Of a stretch of 64,000 bases of DNA, positions 14,250 through 26,191 are shown in pieces (position 1 is the stretch's first letter; each line of letters begins with the position of its first letter). The position numbers and the translations under genes were made by a program. The notes under the pieces were generated by a model, which saw only the letters and a program-made list of their open reading frames with translations, was not told the DNA's origin and ran no database searches. The stretch is from Macrostomum lignano (taxonomy: Eukaryota), in the NCBI GenBank assembly GCA_002269645.1, contig NIVC01002371.1, forward strand, positions 1-64,000, in the 5' to 3' direction.

Positions 14250-15425
14250 TCAGATAGCTCTAAGCAGGCTAGAGTAGAAACAGTAGCCATAATAGTCTCC
14301 ATCAGCTAGCCGGCTGATGCTCATCAGTCTCAGATAGTCCAGCAGATTTCTCACATCAACAACTACTGGTTCGCCAGCGCCGCTGCCGCCGCCAGATGTT
14401 GTCGTAAGAGCAGCGCCGACCCCGACTGAATTCCCATTGCTGTTGCTGTTGTTAGCGGCGGCTGCTGCTGCTGCTGCTGCCACTGCTGCAGCCGCGGCGT
14501 GAGGATTCTGATGATGATGCTGCTGATGCTGATGATGCTGCAACAGTAGCTGATGCTGATGATGCTGTTGAGCATGATGATGAGGATGAGTATGCAGCCC
14601 AGACAGCTGTGGAGGCGGCGGCGGTGGTGGCGGAGGTGGCGGCGGAGGCGGCGCCGCAATCGGAGCCTGTTGAAGCGGTGGAGGCGGTGGCGGGGGCGGC
14701 GGCGGCGGAGGGGGCGGCGGGGGCGGCTGGGGCGCGGGCCCCGGCGACTGCCTCCTTGGCGGCGCCACCCGAACACGCCTGAGCAGTCGTTCAGAGCCGA
14801 CCCTTGGTCGAAGGCAAATCGACGAGAATCGACGCCGATCCAGCGGGCAAGCATCGCTAGCGCGCGACCATCGACGAAGACAGGGCAGGCAGAAGGCGTG
14901 CCGGCAGCAGTCGGGACTGGCGCACTGGCCAGCCAGAGGCTCCCGACAGATCGGACAGGCAAAGCTCTGATCGGCGTGCAGGCGTTGGAGCACCCGGCCG
15001 CCCGGACGGCGACGGACGCACACGTTGGCGAACGGGCGACTGCAGGCCTCGATGGGACAGACAGGACTGGACCGAGTCTCCAGCCAGGCTGTCATGCAGG
15101 CCAGGTGAAAAGTATGCCCAGTGCAGGTGTCCGGGCTGGCCAGGTCAACTCCGGTTTCTAAACTCTCGGCGCACAGGGAGCAGTAGAGGCGGACATCCAG
15201 ACGGGGGCTTCTGGGTCTGGTGCACAGGCGTTTTGATCTACGCAACTGTTGCTGCTGCTGCTGCTGTTGCTGCGGCTGCGGAGGCAGCGCAGTAGTTGGC
15301 GGCGGGTGACTCAACGGCGGAGTAGGGGGCGGAAACGGGGGCGGCAGAGGCGGCGGAGGCGAGGGCGGATCGTAGGAGGCACCAACGCCCAAGTCGCTGT
15401 TGCGTCTGAGACGTTTTGGTTTCAT
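14250..15425 (-). CDS. Intronless 391-aa protein with two tandem RING fingers (PHRF1/SCAF11-like RING) and poly-P/Q/H/A tracts; probable E3 ligase
   Basis: RING1 CSLC...CTGHTFHLAC...CPIEAC. RING2 CPIC...CRHAFCLPC...CPLD. Strong acceptor ttattttccag at 15472-15471, 45 nt upstream of the ATG. Confidence 0.85.
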   Translation of the reverse strand: MKPKRLRRNSDLGVGASYDPPSPPPPLPPPFPPPTPPLSHPPPTTALPPQPQQQQQQQQQLRRSKRLCTRPRSPRLDVRLYCSLCAESLETGVDLASPDTCTGHTFHLACMTAWLETRSSPVCPIEACSRPFANVCVRRRPGGRVLQRLHADQSFACPICREPLAGQCASPDCCRHAFCLPCLRRWSRASDACPLDRRRFSSICLRPRVGSERLLRRVRVAPPRRQSPGPAPQPPPPPPPPPPPPPPPPPLQQAPIAAPPPPPPPPPPPPPPQLSGLHTHPHHHAQQHHQHQLLLQHHQHQQHHHQNPHAAAAAVAAAAAAAAANNSNSNGNSVGVGAALTTTSGGGSGAGEPVVVDVRNLLDYLRLMSISRLADGDYYGYCFYSSLLRAI

Positions 15426-15574
15426 TTGAAGTGTGTATTATGCTGCTGATGCTGCTGCTGCTTGGAGTGGCTGGAAAATAAGTATATGTGCGTGTTACTA
15501 ATGAGTAGTGTTTGTGATTTTAATACTAGCCAATAAAACTAGGAGACTATGGTTTTTTGTTAGAGTTGAATGTC

Positions 15575-16357
15575 AGATCAGGTGAGTCAGGTGACTCTCA
15601 GGTATTGGTCAGGTGATTGTCCGATAATGGTCAGGTGATTGTCAGGTAATGGTCAGGTGATTGTCAGGTAATGGTCAGGTGATTGTCAGGTAATGGTCAG
15701 GTGATTGTCAGGTATTGGTCACGTGATTGTCAGGTATTGGTCAGGTGATTGTCAGGTATTGGTCACGTGATTGTCAGGTGATTGTCAGGTATTGGTCAGG
15801 TGATTGTCAGGTATTGGTCAGGTGATTGTCAGGTAATGGTCAGGTGATTGTAAGGTAATGGTCAGGTGATTGTCAGGTAATGGTCAGGTGATTGTAAGGT
15901 AATGGTCAGGTGATTGTCAGGTAATGGTCAGGTGATTGTCAGGTAATGGTCAGGTGATTGTCAGGTATTGGTCACGTGATTGTCAGGTGATTGTCAGGTA
16001 TTGGTCAGGTGATTGTCAGGTATTGGTCACGTGATTGTCAGGTGATTGTCAGGTATTGGTCAGGTGATTGTCAGGTATTGGTCACGTGATTGTCAGGTGA
16101 TTGTCAGGTATTGGTCAGGTGATTGTCAGGTATTGGTCAGGTGATTGTCAGGTGATTGTCAGGTGATTGTCAGGTATTGGTCAGGTGATTGTCAGGTATT
16201 GGTCAGGTGATTGTCAGGTATTGGTCAGGTGATTGTCAGGTATTGGTCAGGTGATTGTCAGGTATTGGTCACGTGATTGTCAGGTATTGGTCAGGTGATT
16301 GTCAGGTATTGGTCAGGTGATTGTCAGGTGATTGTCAGGTATTGGTCAGGTGATTGT
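15575..16357. repeat. 11/22 bp minisatellite (tcaggtgattgtcaggtattgg) between RPUSD2 and the RING gene
   Basis: Direct inspection. Confidence 0.95.
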
Positions 16358-16600
16358 AAAAGAGGTGAGCGTCAGAAGTTTTATAGTTAATTGTACGCAC
16401 AGTAAACTAAAAATGAATACTTGAAATTAACAAAAAAGGTGTGTATTTTTAAATGCCTATACCAGTGCATTATCAGTATCGGTGTTTACTTTTTCAGGAA
16501 AGTATCAACGTCGATTACTCAAAGTTATTATCAAAGATTGCAAAACAAATGCAACAAACAGCCTATCAACAGTAGTATATAGCTGGCAACGAGCTTTGAA

Positions 16601-17027
16601 TTAAACAAAGCTAGAACAGTCGAAGTAATCATCAGCCCAGTCGGGCAGCGGGGCACAATAGTCAAAGTCCGGGCCGCGATATCTGGCAGCGTGCAGAAAC
16701 AGCACCAATTCGTTATGCCGAGGATCTCTGTAAAGTCGGTTCTGCTGAATCTGAATGCAATCTTCGCAGTGCGGATCGCTGCGCCAATGCTCACAGTTGT
16801 AGCGCTGGTCCGGGTTGGGTCGGTCGACAAGTCTGTAGCAGACAGCGTCGGACAGTCTCGGTCGTTTAGCGGCCACGTCTGCTGAGTCTTTGTCGTCATC
16901 AAGAAAGTCTTTAGTCCGCAGGCTTAATAGGAAATTATCGCTGTCGTGTAGTCGCATTAAATCTGCTAGCAGCTGCTCATTGGGCTTGCCGAATCTGAAG
17001 CGTGGGGGAGGGGAAGGAATCTAGGCA

Positions 17028-17089
<62 letters not shown>

Positions 17090-17130
17090 GGTCTGTCTGT
17101 CTGTCTGTCTGTCAATCTGTCTGTCTGTCG

Positions 17131-17217
<87 letters not shown>

Positions 17218-17636
17218 AGTCTGTCTGTCTGTCTGTCAGTCTATTTATCCATCTATTTGTCAGTCTATTTATCCATCTATCTGTCAGTCTATTTATCCAT
17301 CTATTTGTCAGTCTATTTATCCATCTATTTGTCAGTCTATTTATCTATCTGTCAGTCTGTCTGTCTGTCTGTCTGTCAGTCTATTTATCTATCTGTCTGT
17401 CAGTCTGTCTGTCTGTCTGTCAGTCTGTCTGTCAGTCTGTCAGTCTATTTATCCGTCTATCTGTCAGTCTATTTATCTGTCTATCTGTCTGTCTGTCTGT
17501 CAGTCTATCTGTCTATCTGTCTATCTGTCTATCTATCCATCTGTCTATCTGTCTATCTATCTGTCAGTCTATCTGTCAGTCTATCTATCCATCCATCAAT
17601 CAATCAGCCCAGTAGATAGAACAGATCCTATCTATG

Positions 17637-17674
<38 letters not shown>

Positions 17675-20600
17675 ATCTATCCATAAACCCAGTAATTAAT
17701 CAATATACATCTACAATCTCTCTATCTGTCAATCAGCGCTGTCGCAGCCCCTCACCTTCCGCCCCGGCCTTTCTCGGGTCCCCAGACCTCGCTATTATAA
17801 AGCGGATCGTTGGCGATAGGAAAGCCCAGGTACTGCAGGTGCACCCGCAGCTGGTGGGTCCGCCCAGTCAGCGGCTGGCATTCAACTAAACTGGTGCGGC
17901 CATTGTAAGACAGCCGACGAAACAAAGACTTGCTGGGTTTGCCGCCTTCGGCCTCAGTTAGCACGGCTTGTAGGCCGAGTTTTCGACTCAGATGGCCAAG
18001 CGAACCGGAGCAGACGATTGCGTCATCTTCTCTAGAAATTAAATCGTCTTCTGTTTCGAGTTCTGCTGCTTCAGGAAATCTAAAAAGAAAAATAGATATT
18101 TTTTAGATGCGGATTCGAACTCAGAACTGTTATCGGGTTTATTTTATAAAATATGACACATTCTATACGAAGCGAAATGTGCTAATAAGCTACTGACAGT
18201 ATTTATTTTATTTTATGATATTTATAATTTTATTGACATTTGGGCGTTAAGAAGGTGAAAAAGATAAGAGCTCTCTGAGATGCTCAGTGGAGGAGATGCT
18301 GAGATGCCATAGGCTCAGGGGGGGGGGAGATGCTGAGATGCCATAGGCTCAGGGGGAGATGCTGAGATGCCATAGGCTCAGGGGGGGAGATGCTGAGATG
18401 CCATAGGCTCAGGGGGGGGGGGGGAGATGCTGAGATGCCATAGGCTCAGGGGGAGATGCTGAGATGCCATAGGCTCAGGGGGGGGGAGATGCTGAGATGC
18501 CATAGGCTCAGGGGGAGATGCTGAGATGCCATAGGCTCAGGGGGGGGGAGATGCTGAGATGCCATAGGCTCAGGGGGGGGGAGATGCTGAGATGCCATAG
18601 GCTCAGGGGGAGATGCTGAGATGCCATAGGCTCAGGGGGAGATGCTGAGATGCCATAGGCTCAGGGGGAGATGCTGAGATGCCATAGGCTCAGGGGGGGG
18701 AGATGCTGAGATGCCATAGGCTCAGGGGAGATGCTGAGATGCCATAGGCTCAGGGGGAGATGCTGAGATGCCATAGGCTCAGGGGGGGGGGGAGATGCTG
18801 AGATGCCATAGGCTCAGGGGGGGGGAGATGCTGAGATGCCATAGGCTCAGGGGGAGATGCTGAGATGCCATAGGCTCAGGGGGGGAGATGCTGAGATGCC
18901 ATAGGCTCAGGGGGGGAGATGCTGAGATGCCATAGGCTCAGGGGGAGATGCTGAGATGCCATAGGCTCAGGGGGAGATGCTGAGATGCCATAGGCTCAGT
19001 GGAGGAGATGCTGAGATGCCATAGGCTCAGGGGGGGGGGGAGATGCTGAGATGCCATAGGCTCAGGGGGAGATGCTGAGATGCCATAGGCTCAGGGGGGA
19101 GATGCTGAGATGCCATAGGCTCAGGGGGGGAGATGCTGAGATGCCATAGGCTCAGGGGGGAGATGCTGAGATGCCATAGGCTCAGGGGGGAGTTGCTGAG
19201 ATGCTATAGGCTCAAGATGACATAGGCTCAATGGGGGAGATGCTGAGATGCCATAGGTTCAAGATGACATAGGCTCAATGGGGGAGATGCTGAGATGCCA
19301 TAGGTTCAAGATGACATAGGTTCAATGGGGGAGATGCTGAGATGCCATAGGCTCAGGGGGAGATGCTGAGATGCCATAGGCTCAGGGGGGGGGGAGATGC
19401 TGAGATGCCATAGGCTCAGGGGGGAGTTGCTGAGATGCTATAGGCTCAAGATGACATAGGCTCAATGGGGGAGATGCTGAGATGCCATAGGTTCAAGATG
19501 ACATAGGCTCAATGGGGGAGTTGCTGAGATGCCATAGGTTCAAGATGACATAGGCTCAATGGGGGAGATGCTGAGATGCCATAGGCTCAAGATGACATAG
19601 GCTCAATGGGGGAGATGCTGAGATGCCATAGGCTCAAGATGACATAGGCTCAATGGGGGAGATGCTGAGATGCTATAGGCTCAAGATGACATAGGCTCAA
19701 TGGGGGAGATGCTGAGATGCCATAGGTTCAAGATGACATAGGCTCAATGGGGGAGTTGCTGAGATGCCATAGGTTCAAGACGACATAGGCTCAATGGGGG
19801 AGATGCTGAGATGCCATAGGCTCAAGATGACATAGGCTCAATGGGGGAGATGCTGAGATGCCATAGGTTCAAGATGACATAGGCTCAATGGGGGAGATGC
19901 TGAGATGCCATAGGCTCAAGATGACATAGGCTCAATGGGGGAGATGCTGAGATGCCATAGGCTCAAGATGACATAGGCTCAATGGGGGAGTTGCTGAGAT
20001 GCCATAGGCTCAAGGGGGGAGTTGCTGAGATGCCATAGGCTCAAGGGGGAGTTGCTGAGATGCCATAGGCTCAAGATGCCATAGGCTCAAAGGGGGGGAG
20101 TTGCTAAGATGCCATAGGCTCAAGGGGAGATGCTGAGATGCCATAGGCTCAAGATGCCATAGGCTCAAAGGGGGGGAGTTGCTGAGATGCCATAGGAAGG
20201 GGGAGTTGCTGAGATGCCATAGGCTCAAGATGCCATAGGCTCAAGGGGGAGTTGCTGAGATGCCATAGGCTCAATGGGGAAGATGCTGAGATGCCATGAC
20301 TCAATGGTAAAGTTGCTAAGATGCCAAAAGTGATCCCAAAAAGTTTAGCTTACCTTCCTTCAACCCTGGCCAGGTACCATTTCTGCACAGCCCGATCGCG
20401 AACCAGACCAGACAGAGTCGACGCTCTCTGAGACGATTTGCCAATAATTAAAACGCCAGAAGTCATGCGATCCAATCTGTGCACAATATGCAGACCGGTG
20501 CGCTTGTGCTCGCACTCTAACAAGTAGGACAGAGAGTTGCGATTGAATCTGCCGCACGGATGTATCGGCAGGCCTGGCGGCTTATTCACGACTAGGACTT

Positions 20601-23600
20601 CGCTGTCTTCGTGTACTATGTCCACTGGCGCGTCTGCAGGAATAGGGGGAATGGGGATGAGACTGGCTAAATACACTACTTTCTAAAGACAAAATGGGCA
20701 AACATGACGCAAAGGACAGCCTAAAGACACAAAGAAGGGCGAACAAAAGACACAAAGAAAGCCGAACAAAAGACACAAAGAAAGGCAAACAAAAGACAGA
20801 AAGAAGGGCGAACAAAAGACACACAGAAGGGCGAACAAAAGACACAAAGAAAGGCAAACAAAAGACACAAAGAAGGGCGAACAAAAGATACAAAGAAAGG
20901 CAAACAAAAGACAGAAAGAAGGGCGAACAAAAGACACAAAGAAGGGCGAACAAAAGATACAAAGAAAGGCAAACAAAAGACAGAAAGAAGGGCGAACAAA
21001 AGACACAAAGAAGGGCGAACAAAAGATACAAAGAAAGGCAAACAAAAGACAGAAAGAAGGGCGAACAAAAGACACAAAGAAGGGCGAACAAAAGACACAA
21101 AGAAGGGCGAACAAAAGATACAAAGAAAGGCAAACAAAAGACAGAAAGAAGGGCGAACAAAAGACACAAAGAAGGGCGAACAAAAGATACAAAGAAAGGC
21201 AAACAAAAGACAGAAAGAAGGGCGAACAAAAGACAGAAAGAAGGGCGAACAAAAGACAGAAAGAAGGGCGAACAAAAGATACAAAGAAAGGCAAACAAAA
21301 GACAAAGAAGGGCGAACAAAAGACACAAAGAAAGCCGAACAAAAGACACAAAAGGCAAACAAAAGACACACAGAAGGGCGAACAAAAGACACAAAGAAGG
21401 GCGAACAAAAGATACAAAGAAAGGCAAACAAAAGACAGAAAGAAGGGCGAACAAAAGACACAAAGAAGGGCGAACAAAAGATACAAAGAAAGGCAAACAA
21501 AAGACAGAAAGAAGGGCGAACAAAAGACACAAAGAAGGGCGAACAAAAGACACAAAGAAGGGCGAACAAAAGATACAAAGAAAGGCAAACAAAAGACAGA
21601 AAGAAGGGCGAACAAAAGACACAAAGAAGGGCGAACAAAAGATACAAAGAAAGGCAAACAAAAGACAGAAAGAAGGGCGAACAAAAGACAGAAAGAAGGG
21701 CGAACAAAAGATACAAAGAAAGGCAAACAAAAGACAGAAAGAAGGGCGAACAAAAGACACAAAGAAAGCCGAACAAAAGACACAAAAGGCAAACAAAAGA
21801 CACACAGAAGGGCGAACAAAAGACACAAAGAAGGGCGAACAAAAGACACAAAGGGCGAACAAAAGACACAAAGGGAGAACAAAAGATACAAAGAAAGGCA
21901 AACAAAAGACAGAAAGAAGGGCGAACAAAAGACACAAAGAAAGCCGAACAAAAGACACAAAAGGCAAACAAAAGACACACAGAAGGGCGAACAAAAGACA
22001 CAAAGAAGGGCGAACAAAAGATACAAAGAAAGGCAAACAAAAGACAGAAAGAAGGGCGAACAAAAGACACAAAGAAGGGCGAACAAAAGATACAAAGAAA
22101 GGCAAACAAAAGACAGAAAGAAGGGCGAACAAAAGACACAAAGAAGGGCGAACAAAAGACACAAAGAAGGGCGAACAAAAGATACAAAGAAAGGCAAACA
22201 AAAGACAGAAAGAAGGGCGAACAAAAGACACAAAGAAGGGCGAACAAAAGATACAAAGAAAGGCAAACAAAAGACAGAAAGAAGGGCGAACAAAAGACAG
22301 AAAGAAGGGCGAACAAAAGACAGAAAGAAGGGCGAACAAAAGATACAAAGAAAGGCAAACAAAAGACAGAAAGAAGGGCGAACAAAAGACACAAAGAAAG
22401 CCGAACAAAAGACACAAAAGGCAAACAAAAGACACACAGAAGGGCGAACAAAAGACACAAAGAAGGGCGAACAAAAGACACAAAGGGCGAACAAAAGACA
22501 CAAAGGGAGAACAAAAGATACAAAGAAGGGCGAAAAAAAGACACAAAGAAGGGCGAACAAAAGACACGAACATACAATGATACCCCTAGTAACTAACCTA
22601 GCACTGGCAGCTCGTGCCTGTGCACAGTTCTCTGAATGTGCTCATTGTGATCCAGAACGTGACCCTCTGCAGCGGGCTCGCTATTAATCGTGATTCGTTC
22701 AAGTTGAAAATCTCTGATCTAACTGAAACAAGGGATTAAAATAAAGTCAGTTCTTTTAAAATGACACAAAAAACATAGCAATCGGTTTCTAACTGAGACG
22801 AAGTCATTACCACAGCCTCCTCCGTAGTGCCTCTGTACTCGTCCAGAAGAACTTCTTTCAGCTTCTTGCCCAACCAACGCCGTTTGGTGTAGGTTGAATA
22901 GACAAAGTAGTACGGGTATACCTGGCGATTAGCGGTTGGGAACAGAAGTTTAGACAGCTGATTTATGGGGCGATGAATAGGTTTATGGGGCGATTCTTGA
23001 ATGGATTTATGGGGCGATTCTTGAAAAGGTTTATAGGGCGATTCTTGAAAAGGTTTATGGGGCGATTCTTGAATGGGTTTATGGGGCGATTCTTGAAAAG
23101 GTTTATGGGGCGATTCTTGAATGGGTTTATGGGGCGATTCTTGAAAAGGTTTATGGGGCGATTCTTAGATAGGTTAATGGGGCGATTCTTGAATAGGTTT
23201 ATGGGGCGATTCTTAGATAGGTTAATGGGGCGATTCTTGAATGGTTTTATGGGGCGATTCTTGAATGGGTTTATGGGGCGATTCTTGAAAAGGTATAATC
23301 TAGTGGAGGTTGCAGCCTAGTGGCCAGAGCGTCGGACTCACGACTGAAAGGTCGGGGGTTGGATTCTCAATTCCACTTGGAACGATTTGTGTCCTTGAGC
23401 AAGACACTTAACTCTGTATTGCTTCAGTTCACCCATCTGTAAAATGGGTGCCAGCATTAGCTGGGGTAATTGAGGGTTTGTGTGGCGACCCCCCAGTTCT
23501 TGGACTGAACAGCCGTACACAACCTTCAAATTCAACAGCTGTGGCCTACATCTGGCCATATAAATAGTAATTTATATATTTATTATTACACTAAATTAGT

Positions 23601-23918
23601 TTGATTTCCAGATACCTTAGGATTATTCTTATAAAAATGTACATCAATAAATTATTAATACGAGTACAACCCATAAAACCAAAGTGCACTCACTTTACGA
23701 AGACCATTTTCAAAGTAGAACTGTGGCTTAATATTAGACTCTTCAGAAGCATTAGCAACATTGTCTACTGTAGTGACTACTGAAAAGTCAGTAGTATCAG
23801 CAGTAGCAACAGTAGCAGCCATGCAAGCTGACCGTGATGCTGTCAATTTCAGATAGGCCTTAAAGCTTAAGTGTCTATGCAATCGCGCAAGGCACAGAAG
23901 CTGACTGCCGAAAATGCT
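16601..23918 (-). CDS. RPUSD2: RluA-family pseudouridine synthase (RPUSD2-like), 6 exons
   Basis: Exons: 23918 (first genomic ATG 23822)-23694, 22921-22811, 22718-22598, 20633-20354, 18079-17756, 16994-16601. Motifs [36 protein letters not shown], catalytic [33 protein letters not shown]. Confidence 0.93.
17028..17690. repeat. (TCTG/TCTA)n microsatellite in RPUSD2 intron 5
   Basis: Direct inspection. Confidence 0.95.
18280..20330. repeat. About 28-50 bp minisatellite (gatgctgagatgccataggctca + variable G run) in RPUSD2 intron 4
   Basis: Direct inspection. Confidence 0.96.
20700..22570. repeat. A-rich 22-23 bp minisatellite (aagaagggcgaacaaaagacac) in RPUSD2 intron 3
   Basis: Direct inspection; explains the overlapping spurious 600-aa ORFs. 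Confidence 0.96.
22960..23295. repeat. 27 bp minisatellite (ttatggggcgattcttgaa...) in RPUSD2 intron 1
   Basis: About 12 copies; 9-aa period in the ORF track. Confidence 0.93.
23305..23542 (+). mobile_element. tRNA-derived CORE-type SINE, copy 2 (most complete; antisense in RPUSD2 intron 1)
   Basis: A-box-like TAGTGGCCAGAGCG, B-box-like GGTTGGATTCTC, MIR-like CORE TGTGTCCTTGAGCAAGACACTTAACTC...CAGTTCACCCATCTGTAAAATGGG, tail TTCAAATTCAACAGCTGT. Confidence 0.88.
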
Positions 23919-24636
23919 CTGCAAAAATTATATTTTTTATTCGATATGAACTTTTATAATGCAACGAATGACAAGGAAAAAATTCATAAAGAAATTGGAT
24001 TTTACTGCAAAAATAGAAGAAAATCAGTTAGCTATTTTTGCTAAAAATCAGTTACTCATATTTCATTTTTTCAAGACTCATTTTTAGTATATAGGACTAG
24101 CCATCAGATTTTCATATTAACAAATATTTAATTATTAGGAATAGTATTCCCACAATTGCAAATGATGCAAACAAACTTTTTGATCCAATTTATTCCAATG
24201 TAGAGATGCCATGATCCTGACTATGTGATTAGAAGTATATTTAATTTTAGATTTTACACTGCATGAGTTACATAGACCCCTTTATTACTGATTTAATAAA
24301 CTACACATAATTGTTTTATGGTTGCTTCTAACTTGTTTGATTGGTAGATGATGAAACCACTAAAATAAGATAATAAATAACAAATTGGTCAAGACTCAGG
24401 TGATAATAGCAAATAGAGTCCAACCAAGATCAGATTTTCGTTTTTGAGCAAGATCATACAAGAATTTTATTAAAAAATTGGGATCAAGAATAAGTTGATG
24501 AAGAATTGCAGATCTAGCTGTGGAATTGTAAATTTGTATAGGAAGAATAGTACTTATGATAAGATATACATAAAATTTAGCCTATATTATACACAAATAA
24601 ATAATAGTACAAAAGAAATGGCTCAAATGTACTATC

Positions 24637-24672
<36 letters not shown>

Positions 24673-26191
24673 CAATATACAAAAGTAAGCCACTAACTCT
24701 GGCTATGCCACTATATGCCACTGTAAAATAAATAAATAGGTTGAAGGTTGGTAATAGCCTACAGGGTAATTGATAGTCAAGATCATGGCACACCTATGCC
24801 AGAACAAATCCTATCAAAATAGTTTGATTGCACCATGTGCTAAAACCTTTTTGCAAAAAAGACAAACAGTAAAATCTGTATTTTCCCTTTAAAAATACCT
24901 CTAAAACTTGCATTTTGTGGTAGGCCAAACTACCACTAGGTGAATAGATTGGAGGCCAAACTCTGGTGCAAAAAAATTTCCTATTGGTGATATTTTTCCT
25001 GACGTCACTCTGTTCTCTTGCTTGGTCCACCTGTGGGTTTTTCCTTGTTCCCCAGTTGACATTGCCAAGAAATAGGACAGACTAGACAAACAGACTGGGA
25101 CAGAAATTGGACATTTTTGGACATTGGACATTTGGACATTTTGGCCTCCTAGTCAACAAAATTTGGTGTCGCGTTGCACTTTTGAGGGCACAATTTTGGG
25201 ACCCGTGTTGCGCATCCTTGGGTTTTTGAAACTTATTCCAATAGGGCAAGGCGCAAGGGTAAAAACTTTAAACAATGTTTAATTAAAACTGTATTTGACA
25301 ACATGGCATCACCAAATCATGCATGCACCTTTGTCAAAAAGAGACAATACTCTGAAGGCAGAAAATGCATGCTTAGCAGCTATGCTTGTGGGAGGATAAT
25401 TAATGAATAAGATTGTTTTTATAATTGGAATTTTTTCTTGCAGATAAATCACCATTTTTTCTTTGTCTAATAGGGAGTATTTTGTTATTGTATGATACCC
25501 CTTATGCATCAGTGACTGACTGATGCAGGACCAGCACTATGCCTGCGTCAAATGTGTCAAGCTTTCAATGCAGACCAACATAATAGATAGTAAGGTTTCT
25601 TTTTCCTGATGGGTTTCTATATGCAATTTGCTTGATTTAAAGACTTGTAGTGAAAAAACATTTAAATATGTAATGCATTTGAAATAATACATTGAAATAA
25701 GCAGTTATGTGGTAAAAAAGCATAGACAGAGTTTCAATCAGCTTTTTGTGAATAATTTCCTTATTTAAATGGCAAAAATAAAGTCAAAAATGTATTTTTT
25801 TTTCTTCCTAGAGTCCCCAATCTAATTCTTTGAAGACTTTTCCCCAACAAGGAATATTCCTTAACAAGCTCCCCTGGGCCCCAGAGAACACTCTCCAGGG
25901 TTGACATCCCTACTTAGATATCAACTAATATATAAAAAAGCCAAGACTAGGGCCTAGCTAATTATAAATCAAATATAAAAATAAAACAATTTTAGGTCTG
26001 TTATAGTCACTGTAGTGACATTGTCAATATCAATGTCACTCATTGTAATCATATATGTGCAATCTCCAAAATTCGGTTGGCCATGCGACTTAGTTTTAAC
26101 AAAATGTGACGTAGTTTTTGGCCAAAATGCAACTTACATGTAAAAAAACCCTAGCGTAAGTAGCGTAAAGCAAAATGAACGCTACTTTGGA

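Noticed and set aside
20582-22580. 628-aa basic (protamine-like) ORF and three Cys/Phe-rich antisense ORFs
   Set aside because: A tandem array inside RPUSD2 intron 3, open in several frames because of base composition.
7968-23295. Inverted 10-mer TCAAGAATCG shared by the arrays at 7968 and 22960
   Set aside because: The match is short and expected by chance among about 35 units, and the arrays lie in different genes.
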